Shown here: piece by piece, positions 1 through 9,067 of the stretch
Position numbering within the stretch: the stretch's first letter is position 1
How the letters are laid out: each line of letters starts with the position of its first letter
Origin: Escherichia phage YX22
Length of the DNA stretch: 64,000 nt
Sequence record: OR776998
Strand: one strand, 5' to 3'
The notes under the pieces: model-generated
Told to the model about the DNA's origin: nothing
Database searches by the model: none
What the model saw: only the letters and a program-made list of their open reading frames with translations
Position numbers and translations under genes: made by a program

Positions 1-2
1 CA

Positions 3-311
3 GGTCAATTTATCACAGGCACCCCAGTTTATCTGACACAGCTGGCGTCAGACAAGAACTTACCATCGGAGCCGCGATTTGTCCCCCTTGGCTTGATGAC
101 AGGCCTGAAAGTTGGTCTGTATGTTGGCGTTGTGACGTTTGATAACGGCATCGAAGCGAAGGTTCTGCCATTCCAATTGAACAGCGAACAAATGCTGAAG
201 GATACGATCAGTGAACACCTGAACGCACAATGTCTGGCTTCTCTGGACAAATTGTTCGGTGTAGTAACTGATGAAGGCGAGGCCACCCCCGCCTATGTGA
301 ATCAAGATTAA
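3..311 (+). CDS. 3' end of a gene entering from upstream of the window; hypothetical protein
   Basis: Frame open from window edge to stop at 309-311; track ORF 93..311 is its tail; converges on uvsW. Confidence 0.35.
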   Translation, partial: GQFITGTPVYLTQLASDKNLPSEPRFVPLGLMTGLKVGLYVGVVTFDNGIEAKVLPFQLNSEQMLKDTISEHLNAQCLASLDKLFGVVTDEGEATPAYVNQD

Positions 312-1816
312 TCGTGATTACCCAGCGCCACCTTCATGAACTCCACAGGGTGGCGCTCTGCCAGGTAAAACTTGTAACGCTCGTGAGAGTGCCTAAGAGC
401 GTGGTTCGTGCTGGCGTTGTACGATGCATCATCCACTAAGTCCCATATCCACGCGACGTCCTTAGAGGAGTGCTGACGCATCAGACGACCCAATGTCTGT
501 ATGACGCGGATATATGACTTGCTCGGGTGTGCCAGTACAAGGTGGTGTAGCTTCTTGATCGACACTCCCTGCTGCATTGTCCCGTATGATGCCAACAGGG
601 TGATGTCCTCTCCATCCTCCATCGCTTTCTGTATGCGGCGGCGGTCTTCGATCTTTACTTCCCCGTTGATGACAAACACGTTGGGCTTGACCGCGCTCAG
701 CATATCATACACGACCATCATGTGACCATCAATACGTTCGAACATGATGGCCACGTTTCCTTTCAGATTCAGTGCCATCTTGGCGATCAGTTCGTTGCGG
801 GACTGGTGTGTGATAAGGTATTCTATTTCCTTGGAATAATCCCCGTCCAGACCAACAGCATCCGCCGGAGTGTGCTTCAGCTGGATCATCTTCACTTTGA
901 TGTCAGTGGCGTACCCGAGATTGATAAGATCGCGAGCCGTGATGATCTTATGGTACGCCCCGAAGTGAGCCACCACCTGAAGCCCGGCAACTTTGGTATT
1001 CGCCAGCGTACCTGTAACCCCCAGGCGCTGGTCGGCATAGATGCAGTTGTTTAGGATGTAAGACAGTTTCTCAGACTTGGAGGTGTGCACTTCATCCACC
1101 ACGATATCACCGAACTGGTGGAACCATTCCTTCGGCTGGTCTTGAATGCCTTGCCATGTACTGATGACGATTGGTTTGCTGATATCCTTTGTCGCGCCCT
1201 CAAAAATCAGCTGGGTGTTAACAACGGGCTTCCAATCACTGCCATGTGCATACTCTTCGAAGTTGTCGTACAGCTGAGTGACTAGGTGGATTGACGGCAC
1301 CACGATAAGCGTCTTCAGAGGACTTTCGAGAGCTTCTCTGCGCCGCCTGTAGTACCGCGCCATGACATACAGAATAAAGGACTTACCGGCACTCGTAGCC
1401 AGTTCACAGACGCATCTGGTTTGACGCATAGCCTTGGCGATGGTGTCGTACTGGTAGTCACGAGTCTCGGCATCGATATATTCGTGATTTTCGGTGCGGA
1501 TCTTTGGATGCAGACTGTCGATGAAGTCACGGATTTCTTCATCTGGGATGTCCTGAATGTACTTCAGTGCCGGATCCAGTTCAATGGTGTATCCGTTGTT
1601 CTTACAGAACTTAAATACCTCAAACAGCAGACCGATATCGATTAGACCAGATGACTTGGTAAATAGGCGGACAACCCCGTCCCATTTAGAAAAGGGGTTG
1701 GGAACGAAGTTCGGGTCTTCGAATTTGAAGTAGTCATTAAGTTCTTCCCTGATAGAAAGATCTGCGATGCAACGCATGCGGACTTCGTTAACCTTAACAA
1801 TCTGAATGTCTGCCAT
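308..1816 (-). CDS. uvsW: UvsW-like SF2 DNA helicase
   Basis: Walker A ATSAGKS, DEVH box, C-terminal KKLHHLVLAH..QTLGRLMRQ..WDLVDD block parallels T4 UvsW as recalled; start moved to ATG 1816 (GGGAGA SD) because track start 1909 is TTG and overlaps the promoter motif. Confidence 0.85.
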   Translation of the reverse strand: MADIQIVKVNEVRMRCIADLSIREELNDYFKFEDPNFVPNPFSKWDGVVRLFTKSSGLIDIGLLFEVFKFCKNNGYTIELDPALKYIQDIPDEEIRDFIDSLHPKIRTENHEYIDAETRDYQYDTIAKAMRQTRCVCELATSAGKSFILYVMARYYRRRREALESPLKTLIVVPSIHLVTQLYDNFEEYAHGSDWKPVVNTQLIFEGATKDISKPIVISTWQGIQDQPKEWFHQFGDIVVDEVHTSKSEKLSYILNNCIYADQRLGVTGTLANTKVAGLQVVAHFGAYHKIITARDLINLGYATDIKVKMIQLKHTPADAVGLDGDYSKEIEYLITHQSRNELIAKMALNLKGNVAIMFERIDGHMMVVYDMLSAVKPNVFVINGEVKIEDRRRIQKAMEDGEDITLLASYGTMQQGVSIKKLHHLVLAHPSKSYIRVIQTLGRLMRQHSSKDVAWIWDLVDDASYNASTNHALRHSHERYKFYLAERHPVEFMKVALGNHD

Positions 1817-1837
1817 ACAAAATCTCCCAAGGATTAT

Positions 1838-1848
1838 GGGGTATTTAG
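1838..1848 (-). promoter_or_regulatory. late-promoter-like motif CTAAATACCCC upstream of uvsW
   Basis: Minus strand GGATCACTAAATACCCC about 25 nt before ATG 1816. Confidence 0.45.
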
Positions 1849-2591
1849 TGATCCGGCCAGACTCCGTTTTGTTCTTTATCCATGCGATGATACAGACGAA
1901 CACGCTCAAACATCTTTGTCAGAATGTCATCACGGTTGAACTCAATGACGGTTGGTAGAGGGGAAGACTCGTTGGCGATCACGTTGATGAGGCGGGTGAT
2001 CTTGACGCCGAACATCTGCTGGAACATGACCGAATATAAGCATAGCTGGATACTGTAATCCTCGATCATGCCCCGCGTCTTCATGGTGTTCGATGTCTTG
2101 AAGTCGATGACAGCAGGTTTACCCTCATAAACCCCGATAAGGTCTACACGACCTGCAAGACCAAGCACCTCGCTATATAATGGGATCTCCTGAGCATAGA
2201 TCTTTGTCATCTTGTTCAGGTAAGGGAACAGCTGCTTGAACATGAACATGTATTCGCCAGCCGCTTCCAACACTTCTTTCATTGGGCGGTTCTTTAGATA
2301 CAGTTCACACGCAAGGTGCAGCTTCTCCCCTCGGTCAGCACAGCGCATGGTCTCAAGGTCAGCGGCCTCTGCGCCCAGCTTCTTCCTCCAAGACTCAAGC
2401 CATTCATGATCTCCAGTGCGTCCCAGCATAGTCGTGACGGATGTCAGTTTTACACCAGACGGTGAAACGTAATGACGACCATTCTCCGTCGTAACACACT
2501 CCAGTTCCTTGTAAGGAAGTTCGTATTGCTGGAATGTGTAATGACGGTTTTCGAAGTCGTTCAGCTTGCGTAGATCTTGGAGGGATGCCAT
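1845..2591 (-). CDS. PD-(D/E)xK nuclease, RecB/Cas4-like
   Basis: 248 aa; D..IDFKTS then QLCLY resembles nuclease motifs II/III and QxxxY; GAGGA SD before ATG 2591. Confidence 0.5.
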   Translation of the reverse strand: MASLQDLRKLNDFENRHYTFQQYELPYKELECVTTENGRHYVSPSGVKLTSVTTMLGRTGDHEWLESWRKKLGAEAADLETMRCADRGEKLHLACELYLKNRPMKEVLEAAGEYMFMFKQLFPYLNKMTKIYAQEIPLYSEVLGLAGRVDLIGVYEGKPAVIDFKTSNTMKTRGMIEDYSIQLCLYSVMFQQMFGVKITRLINVIANESSPLPTVIEFNRDDILTKMFERVRLYHRMDKEQNGVWPDH

Positions 2592-2606
2592 TATGTGTGA
2601 TCCTCG

Positions 2607-3059
2607 TTATACACCATCAATATATTTTCTCCACTCAATAGCATTTTTCACTTCGTATCCCAGTTTGTTCAGGCGATCCAAACAAGTCTCTATGAACTTG
2701 ACTTTTGCTTTTTGTTCTTGTAACAGAACAGACAACTCCACATAGTCATCGTCTGCTTTGACCCATGTATCTAGGTCAGACTTCAGGGGGCGAACCTTCA
2801 GGGGGCGCTCTGCGTAGATGTTAGGGGGTAACTCCCCTGCATAGTAGCGGCGCAGATAGAGATCGATCTGGCGGAAGCGCCCGTTGAGAAATTCAAGATA
2901 ACGCCCCTCGCGCAGATAATGCCGCTGTACAGCCATCCAAGAGCGCCCGATTTTCAGTGAGATCTGGTCAAGGTTCATGTCTTCTGGGTCCACTGTGATC
3001 AGCGGCTCCAGTTCGTTCATGATGTCCTCGGTAGCCATTGTCTGTAGTTGTTCTTTCAT
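2607..3059 (-). CDS. UvsY-like recombination mediator (tentative)
   Basis: 150 aa, adjacent to uvsW as in T4; loose similarity (RRYYAGE, C-terminal amphipathic region) to recalled T4 UvsY. Confidence 0.45.
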   Translation of the reverse strand: MKEQLQTMATEDIMNELEPLITVDPEDMNLDQISLKIGRSWMAVQRHYLREGRYLEFLNGRFRQIDLYLRRYYAGELPPNIYAERPLKVRPLKSDLDTWVKADDDYVELSVLLQEQKAKVKFIETCLDRLNKLGYEVKNAIEWRKYIDGV

Positions 3060-3089
3060 AAAATATCCCAGCTTGTCAATGTCATAGAA

Positions 3090-3602
3090 TTATACCGCAT
3101 TTCGCGGATTAGAATCAATCGCCTTCCCACCAGATAGTGGAACCAGCTGTTGGAACTTGAAGGTCACTGTCGTCACCAGCTGAGGTACAGCTGCGTCTAC
3201 GTCCACCAGTACGTTGTCCAAAGCAGTCGGGCGGGCTTCCTCCAGCACGAGAGTGAGGCCAATCGGTCGGTTGAGGTTATCCAGCAATTCAATGGTAATG
3301 TCCTTGCTGACAGGCAAATCCTTGCCGACGTTGCTGGTAATCCATTGGTGGATCTGTAACCATGATTTCCAGTCCTCGTCTATAACGAAAGTAAATACGA
3401 CGGGATCATAGGTTAAACGCTCTGAAGGTATAGAAACCAACACGTCACCAGGAGACGGACCATCGATGCCTTCGGAGTACACCCCTGGTATACTGAAGTC
3501 GTGGATGTTACGGGTTAGGAGTACAAGGTCTCCGATAGTCAGACGCCACTTATCGGACGCCGCGAAATTAGGGTTTTCGTTCTTAAATTGTACGTTGGAC
3601 AT
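3090..3602 (-). CDS. late protein of unknown function (virion protein candidate)
   Basis: 170 aa from internal ATG 3602 with AAGGTG SD; late-type motif CAAAATATCTCC upstream; track start 3905 would overlap a + strand gene. Confidence 0.45.
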   Translation of the reverse strand: MSNVQFKNENPNFAASDKWRLTIGDLVLLTRNIHDFSIPGVYSEGIDGPSPGDVLVSIPSERLTYDPVVFTFVIDEDWKSWLQIHQWITSNVGKDLPVSKDITIELLDNLNRPIGLTLVLEEARPTALDNVLVDVDAAVPQLVTTVTFKFQQLVPLSGGKAIDSNPRNAV

Positions 3603-3873
3603 AATAGCACCTTTGCTGTGGAGATATTTTGTGACCCTGATGCGCGGGATCAGTAGATTGTTGTTGGCATGCTCGATGCTCTTGTTTACGAGCTGTCGCA
3701 TCTTTGTCACGCCAATAATTTCTGTTTCCGAACTCTGGAACCCAGAAGTGCGCACTGTACCTGTGACGTTGTCGGCCAGCGTTCCCACTTGTAACAAGGG
3801 TATGCTGGACATCATCGTGCAAGAGTTCCAGCCCTTCCAGAAGCTCGTACCTTTAGGTTGCTTTGATGAGAAC

Positions 3874-4281
3874 ATGAGCACCCTCAAGCCATACTGGAAG
3901 ACCACAATTCCTCTCCTGCGGCATGGCGATGAAGGGAAGATTCCATACCTATCAGCAAGTATTTATTACTCTCAGAATAACAGCATCATTATCACTTTTA
4001 ATCCATCATTCCATGCCAAGCTGAAGCAACACATGGTTGGGCGACTGGATACAACATCAGATATAATCGTGACGTTCAAGATCATGAATGACTCAGATAA
4101 ACCAGTACGAATCGCAACTCAGGGTGTGTTCGTTAACAACGACGCGGTTGGAAATGGGATGAGTATCTTTGAAGTTAACCCAGGGGGAACGATCTTGATC
4201 AGACTGAGTAATGTGGGTGTGAACTCCCTGCTGTTGGATGGCATCGAACCAGTGGGAGTTCTTCCGGCGCGGGAGCACTGA
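3874..4281 (+). CDS. hypothetical protein, lone plus-strand gene inside the late block
   Basis: Sub-ORF of track ORF 3466..4281; fills 680 nt with no minus-strand ORF; no convincing SD, start uncertain. Confidence 0.3.
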   Translation: MSTLKPYWKTTIPLLRHGDEGKIPYLSASIYYSQNNSIIITFNPSFHAKLKQHMVGRLDTTSDIIVTFKIMNDSDKPVRIATQGVFVNNDAVGNGMSIFEVNPGGTILIRLSNVGVNSLLLDGIEPVGVLPAREH

Positions 4282-5010
4282 TTACTTCAGCGCGTTCTTC
4301 AGATTATCGGAACCAATGCTGTTGATGACACCTCCGGCGCAGATATCTTTCGCCCACTCTGATATCACGTTGGCAAAAGAGAAGTTAAGACACTTACCAA
4401 CCATGTCTTGGATATGGGCTAACTCTGCTGCAATACCGTTCGTGATGTCTTGAGCAATAGAGGCTACTGATGCGACAGCAGTGTCGATGGCTTGAGTAAC
4501 TTCAGCAGCCAGTGCCCGAATAGCATCAAGACCAGCACTGACACCCTGAGCTACCAACTCAGCCAGCTCATTCATCTTGTTTGTGATAGTTGTGAGAACA
4601 CTTTGCATGGTGTTGATCCACTGTTTGCCGAGGTTCTGAATAACCCCAAATGCATTATTGATCAGATCACAGTTGTTCGGTTCTCGACCTATAGACTTCA
4701 GGGCGGACTTATACGACACAGATGTACCGATGCGGGAATATGCCTCGTTCACTGACTGGTCGCCATAGTTGTTCAAAGTAGTGATGCTGTTGTTGGCTGA
4801 GTTGAACATTGCTGTAGATTCGTTGAGTTTGGCTGTAGTCAACCCACCTGCCGTCAGCGCTTCCTGAATCTGCGCATTTCCGGTGTTAGCCAGTGACGCT
4901 GTAGTCGCCTTACCACTGGTGATTAACCCCTGTGAGGCGCTGCTGAGGGACGGGAGAGGATTGGTAAAGGCGTTGCCCTGTGATAGGGCGTCATAGATCT
5001 GTGCGTTCAT
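4282..5010 (-). CDS. late Ser/Thr/Asn/Ala-rich protein (capsid decoration or tail candidate)
   Basis: 243 aa from ATG 5010; late motif CTAAATACCCCC about 25 nt upstream; track start 5052 lies upstream of that motif. Confidence 0.5.
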   Translation of the reverse strand: MNAQIYDALSQGNAFTNPLPSLSSASQGLITSGKATTASLANTGNAQIQEALTAGGLTTAKLNESTAMFNSANNSITTLNNYGDQSVNEAYSRIGTSVSYKSALKSIGREPNNCDLINNAFGVIQNLGKQWINTMQSVLTTITNKMNELAELVAQGVSAGLDAIRALAAEVTQAIDTAVASVASIAQDITNGIAAELAHIQDMVGKCLNFSFANVISEWAKDICAGGVINSIGSDNLKNALK

Positions 5011-5033
5011 AAGAAAATACCCCCATGGATGAT

Positions 5034-5046
5034 GGGGGTATTTAGG
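5034..5046 (-). promoter_or_regulatory. late-promoter-like motif with following inverted repeat
   Basis: Minus strand GATCCCTAAATACCCCCATCATCCATGGGGGTATTTTCTT then ATG 5010. Confidence 0.45.
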
Positions 5047-5048
5047 GA

Positions 5049-5219
5049 TCATGGTAGTTTGTAAACGAAGTTGGACCAGAACTTACGAACAAACTTCTTG
5101 ACATAAACCATTCGGTTGGCGTATTCCCCATCCTTCAGGTCATTGTAGGTCTCAATCCCTACCGCGCCCAAGAAGTACGCCGTGAAGATGTAACAGAACA
5201 GATTGATGACGACAAACAT
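5049..5219 (-). CDS. small single-pass membrane protein (56 aa), absent from ORF track
   Basis: ATG with GGAGAT SD; MFVVINLFCYIFTAYFLGAVGI hydrophobic helix; read by hand. Confidence 0.4.
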   Translation of the reverse strand: MFVVINLFCYIFTAYFLGAVGIETYNDLKDGEYANRMVYVKKFVRKFWSNFVYKLP

Positions 5220-5260
5220 GATGTATCTCCGCTGTGTATACTCAAATTATTTATGATATG

Positions 5261-5683
5261 TTACAAAAGGCGCTTGGTCTTCGGCTTACCCATTAGAGTG
5301 ATATCCACAGGGAGGCCAGCTTTCTTGCAACGGTTGATCATGTCCAGGGTGCCAGTGGACGAACCATCCCACATCGCAATCGGATACACTTCCAGCTTGG
5401 TCTGCCTGACGAGATCCAATGCCTTGTCTAACATGTCCTGATTGCGTTTGTTGCCCATCCCTTTCCCATACTTTTCATAATAGCTCGGAGGTATTGGCAT
5501 AGGAGTGATATGAACATAATTGATTTCAGCCCAGTCACGGCAAATCTTGTCCACACCAGAGGCTTCACCCTCAATCAGTGTATAGACCTCATGAGGATCG
5601 AGGAGTTCGTCCAGCTTGGCGAATACCTTATCCCGCTCGGTGATTGAGCGGGAACCCGTAATGAGAACGATATACTTCTTCAT
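5261..5683 (-). CDS. SLOG/DUF2493-like (DprA/LOG-fold) protein
   Basis: KKYIVLITGSRS..EGEASGVDK..W pattern recalls phage DUF2493/SLOG proteins; start at internal ATG 5683. Confidence 0.4.
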   Translation of the reverse strand: MKKYIVLITGSRSITERDKVFAKLDELLDPHEVYTLIEGEASGVDKICRDWAEINYVHITPMPIPPSYYEKYGKGMGNKRNQDMLDKALDLVRQTKLEVYPIAMWDGSSTGTLDMINRCKKAGLPVDITLMGKPKTKRLL

Positions 5684-5688
5684 AGAAC

Positions 5689-6033
5689 TCACAGCGCCCC
5701 AAGATTGCCGATTACGTACAGGGAGCACAGAGGAGTGCCTGACGAACGCGGTTCGATCGTCATCCCGCTCAGGCGGATCAGTTCCAGTAAGCCGTCAGTG
5801 GTCTGATACGCGCGTGTCGAACCGTTCGGTCGATATAGCTCCAGCTCAGTTCGCCCTTCCTTTATTGCATTTCGAATGCGAGTGAACACGCTGTGGTCGC
5901 CGAACTTCTGTTTCAGAAGATCCAGCTTGGTGACCAGGCGGCGCGTTTTGCGTGGCTTGCGCTCACTCGGCTTTTCGAATTTGACGATGTGGGGGATCTC
6001 CACGGATTTGTTCAGTTTGGTGTCTGCTGCCAT
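5689..6033 (-). CDS. hypothetical protein with basic N-terminus
   Basis: 114 aa; AGAGGA SD; early-type promoter and hairpin upstream. Confidence 0.5.
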   Translation of the reverse strand: MAADTKLNKSVEIPHIVKFEKPSERKPRKTRRLVTKLDLLKQKFGDHSVFTRIRNAIKEGRTELELYRPNGSTRAYQTTDGLLELIRLSGMTIEPRSSGTPLCSLYVIGNLGAL

Positions 6034-6181
6034 GGTAAAGTCCTCTATTTGTAGGGGATAGGGTATGCGGTTAACATACCCTGTTCAAAGGTTTAGAACA
6101 AATTGCTGCAATGTTACTTTGTAACGAGATTGGTGATAGTCCCTTCATTTCAGAGTCAGTGTTGTGCTGCTTATGGAATGA

Positions 6182-6210
6182 AGTATACGGGGTTTATTGA
6201 AGAATTAAAC
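6182..6210 (-). promoter_or_regulatory. T4-early-like promoter (GTTTAA -35, 17 nt, TATACT -10)
   Basis: Minus strand GTTTAA TTCTTCAATAAACCCCG TATACT; same spacer box. Confidence 0.35.
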
Positions 6211-6235
6211 CCCGTTTATTGAATAAATTTAAAAT

Positions 6236-6472
6236 TTATTTGAAGCGATCAGGAAGGGTGTCGTGAACCTCGGCGCTCAGCACCAGAAACTTACCATCCG
6301 TCGTTGGGAAGCAATAGTCTTTCTTGATGTGACGCAAGTGTTCAGCTACAGCTGCCACGCAGTCATCTGTCACGTCGGTCTTCTCACCAACCCACATGCT
6401 GGTTTTGGTGTTCAACCTGCCCTGGAATATAGTACCAGTGAGAGGACTTGCGCCGATCTTTTTGATAATCAT
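6236..6472 (-). CDS. hypothetical protein
   Basis: 78 aa ORF with GAGGT SD. Confidence 0.5.
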   Translation of the reverse strand: MIIKKIGASPLTGTIFQGRLNTKTSMWVGEKTDVTDDCVAAVAEHLRHIKKDYCFPTTDGKFLVLSAEVHDTLPDRFK

Positions 6473-6480
6473 GTTTAACC

Positions 6481-6924
6481 TCAGTTGTTAATGCGGAACA
6501 GTTGTGGATAACCACCTGGATGCCCTTCTCCGGTCACGAAGACCTCGTACCGGGCACCTTTAACCAAACCGGGCAAATTGCCTGAGTCGAGTAGATATCG
6601 GATTTTATCCATAGTGTCCATCCAGGACTTAGCAGGTTCAGCTTCAGCCTCTCCACGATTGAGGACGAGTTCACCTTCAGAATAATACTTCCCGCTGTCC
6701 TTCATGTAGTACAGCTTGATATGGATATACTGAGGGGATGGAACTTCTGTCCAACCCTCATCGTTCAAATCCTGGCGATCATTGTCGAAACTCTGAAAAT
6801 CAACATCACCACATGCCAGGCGATAATCTTTGAATTTACGGAAACCTTCCACCTTGTCCCCAACGGAGCTACGGAAGAACTGTTTCTTGGCGGGACTAAT
6901 GAAAATGAAATTCTTGTTACACAT
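6481..6924 (-). CDS. hypothetical protein
   Basis: 147 aa from ATG 6924 with AAGGAAGGA SD. Confidence 0.5.
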   Translation of the reverse strand: MCNKNFIFISPAKKQFFRSSVGDKVEGFRKFKDYRLACGDVDFQSFDNDRQDLNDEGWTEVPSPQYIHIKLYYMKDSGKYYSEGELVLNRGEAEAEPAKSWMDTMDKIRYLLDSGNLPGLVKGARYEVFVTGEGHPGGYPQLFRINN

Positions 6925-6941
6925 GATATAGATCCTTCCTT

Positions 6942-7166
6942 TCAAAGAATGTTGTGTTCGTCGATATCGGACTGCGTTGCAATCTCCCAGCGGACGACAT
7001 TTTCGGTTGTGACGAAATCACGGTTCAGGTGAGAGGCTGGCACATACACCATCGTGTCGACCATGAAGTAACACTGCTCATTGTTACAAGAATCAACGTA
7101 AACCTCGATGAGGCGCACCTCGGCAACACCGGCTTTCGGCTTCTTCACGATCTTTTTCAAGTACAT
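6942..7166 (-). CDS. hypothetical small protein
   Basis: 74 aa from ATG 7166, GAGGG SD, box-type promoter P5 upstream. Confidence 0.45.
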   Translation of the reverse strand: MYLKKIVKKPKAGVAEVRLIEVYVDSCNNEQCYFMVDTMVYVPASHLNRDFVTTENVVRWEIATQSDIDEHNIL

Positions 7167-7190
7167 GGTACAACCCTCGGATAGTAGACG

Positions 7191-7222
7191 GGGCAATAAT
7201 ACCTCTCACCCCGTTATTGAAA
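7191..7222 (-). promoter_or_regulatory. box-type promoter P5 (minus strand)
   Basis: Minus strand reads TTCAATAA CGGGGTGAGAGG TATTAT TGCCCCG, upstream of gene 6942..7166. Confidence 0.45.
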
Positions 7223-7226
7223 ACTG

Positions 7227-7427
7227 TTATCCTTCTTGTTCTTCCCAACCCCATTCATCTTCCCAAGACTGGCGAGGTGTCTTGCCCGCTTCGTAGTCAT
7301 CACGCCAGGCGTCGGCGTCGGCGGCTGAACCACCCTGGCTTTTCGCGACTTTACATAATACGTCGTGCCACTCACGGAAGGTGGAGTTGGCGACTGTGGT
7401 GTTTACAGAATCTTCTTTCAGGCTCAT
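7227..7427 (-). CDS. hypothetical small acidic Trp-rich protein
   Basis: 66 aa, GAGGAA SD, box-type promoter P6 upstream. Confidence 0.45.
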   Translation of the reverse strand: MSLKEDSVNTTVANSTFREWHDVLCKVAKSQGGSAADADAWRDDYEAGKTPRQSWEDEWGWEEQEG

Positions 7428-7456
7428 TGCGATTTCCTCGATTAATAGAGAGGGTA

Positions 7457-7482
7457 ATGATACCTTTCGCCCCGTTATTGAA
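7457..7482 (-). promoter_or_regulatory. box-type promoter P6 (minus strand)
   Basis: Minus strand reads TTCAATAA CGGGGCGAAAGG TATCAT, upstream of gene 7227..7427. Confidence 0.45.
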
Positions 7483-7490
7483 ATGTTCTT

Positions 7491-8963
7491 TTAGTTCAAG
7501 ACATATTTGATCAGTCCACAATTCCAAATCCTGACCAACCCGGCTTCGGTTGCTAATTGGCTTTCTGTTTTGCCTTCTACGTCATACCCCATGCGAGCAA
7601 ATGAACCTTTTCTGAAACCGAATTTGTGCTCACGCATAAATGTGCCAGGCTTGTGATATTTGTAGTCTGGCTTCTGTACTTCCTCTTCTACGAATCCGTG
7701 GGATAGGTAAATGTTGGACAACCTGCTTACAACACACCTATCCCCAAAGGAATAGATTTTGGTGCCGGTAAATTTTCTTCTGAAGTGTGAAAGAAGTTTA
7801 CTGAATGCCCCGTGGCAATCATTAGAGGCAAATCTGACTAATTCCAGGCCATCTTTCCTTTTAGTGAATAGCATCACGGCTTGTATGGCCCCACTCTTGT
7901 CAATTAACGACAAATGGTGGGTGGAAGAAACGGAACCTTGTATGTGGTGGTTGTCTAAAAACTCCCTCAAGCCGCTTATATTTCCCCAAACGACTTTGTG
8001 TTGGCGAGCATATGACGCAGGCGTTTTAATTCCAAGTTTAGCTTTCAGAAGAGATTTTACCACTTCCTGTTTCTCAACCCATTCATCTTCCCAGATGTGG
8101 ATCAACTGGATACCCTGAGTTTCACATATTTCAGTCTTTTCCAGGTGATAATGTTTCTCTTTAAAAACTTCTGAATGCCAGTACAGGCCATTAAATTCAA
8201 TCGCCAATTTGTGTTCAGGGCAATAGATATCCAGTTGTTTACCGGATAATATACTGTAATCAGAAACAGTGTTTACAACTCCCATTGATGTGAGAAACTC
8301 GGATATTTCCTTTTCATAAGAAGATTTCTTGTTCCTGATAGAACCATTGCTGAACAACGCACGTTTTAGTATGTTCGAATTTTTCATAGGGTTGTCAACA
8401 CCATAACGTTCTTGTAACGTTGCCAACGCCTTCTCCCTCACACCAGGTAATTGTAGTGTGGAGCAGCTTCCGTATTTGGATATATTCGAAGTCTCTATGG
8501 CTTTCCGACCAATCCCACCTTTACACATAGAAACCTGATAACATTCTTCAGAACAATATGTTCTGTAATCTTTATTATTGATGTAAAAGTTGGTTTCCTT
8601 GGAACACACCGGGCATATTTTCACGGTTCTATTGTACAGCCAAGCTGTGACTTTACAAGCCAAATCTTGTAGGGTGTTGTGGGTATTGGCGAACACTAAA
8701 AGGTCTACATTGATGTGCTTCATAAGCAGTTCAGATTTGCATTTTTGGATATCCAATTTGTTGTTCTTGGTAAACATATATTTGTAGAAAAATTGGCGAT
8801 ATGATTCCTCGTCAGACAATTCATTCACTGCTTCAAGGAAACCTTCCGGGAGGTTCTTTAGGGTGTTCGATGCGAAGGTCTTGCAAGCATCTGAACAAAA
8901 TTTCTTATCTTTCCTGGATGCTTTGAACTGTTCATGGCAGACACTACAGATTACCTGATACAT
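7491..8963 (-). CDS. Zn-ribbon plus endonuclease-like protein (free-standing homing endonuclease candidate)
   Basis: CxxC..CxxC pairs at N-terminus and mid-protein; LAIEFNGLYWH resembles Vsr/DUF559-type PD-(D/E)xK motif; start at ATG 8963 with GGAGGAG SD; sits where T4 has segD/hoc-type inserts. Confidence 0.4.
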   Translation of the reverse strand: MYQVICSVCHEQFKASRKDKKFCSDACKTFASNTLKNLPEGFLEAVNELSDEESYRQFFYKYMFTKNNKLDIQKCKSELLMKHINVDLLVFANTHNTLQDLACKVTAWLYNRTVKICPVCSKETNFYINNKDYRTYCSEECYQVSMCKGGIGRKAIETSNISKYGSCSTLQLPGVREKALATLQERYGVDNPMKNSNILKRALFSNGSIRNKKSSYEKEISEFLTSMGVVNTVSDYSILSGKQLDIYCPEHKLAIEFNGLYWHSEVFKEKHYHLEKTEICETQGIQLIHIWEDEWVEKQEVVKSLLKAKLGIKTPASYARQHKVVWGNISGLREFLDNHHIQGSVSSTHHLSLIDKSGAIQAVMLFTKRKDGLELVRFASNDCHGAFSKLLSHFRRKFTGTKIYSFGDRCVVSRLSNIYLSHGFVEEEVQKPDYKYHKPGTFMREHKFGFRKGSFARMGYDVEGKTESQLATEAGLVRIWNCGLIKYVLN

Positions 8964-9010
8964 AATTATTCTCCTCCATATGGTATCTAGTATAACCTGT
9001 TCGATAATAT

Positions 9011-9041
9011 GAACAAATAAAAACCCCGCCGAAGCGGGGTT
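9011..9041 (-). terminator. intrinsic terminator after major capsid gene
   Basis: Minus strand AACCCCGC-TTCG-GCGGGGTT then TTTTATTTG. Confidence 0.65.
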
Positions 9042-9067
9042 TGTCAGGGTTAAGGACAACTATTCGA

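Noticed and set aside
1845-1909. Track start of uvsW ORF at 1909 (TTG) and of other minus-strand ORFs at their most upstream start (3905, 5052, 17619, 28436, 33339, 39817, 43700)
   Set aside because: Each extension would run through the late-promoter motif or lacks an SD; internal ATGs with SD chosen instead.
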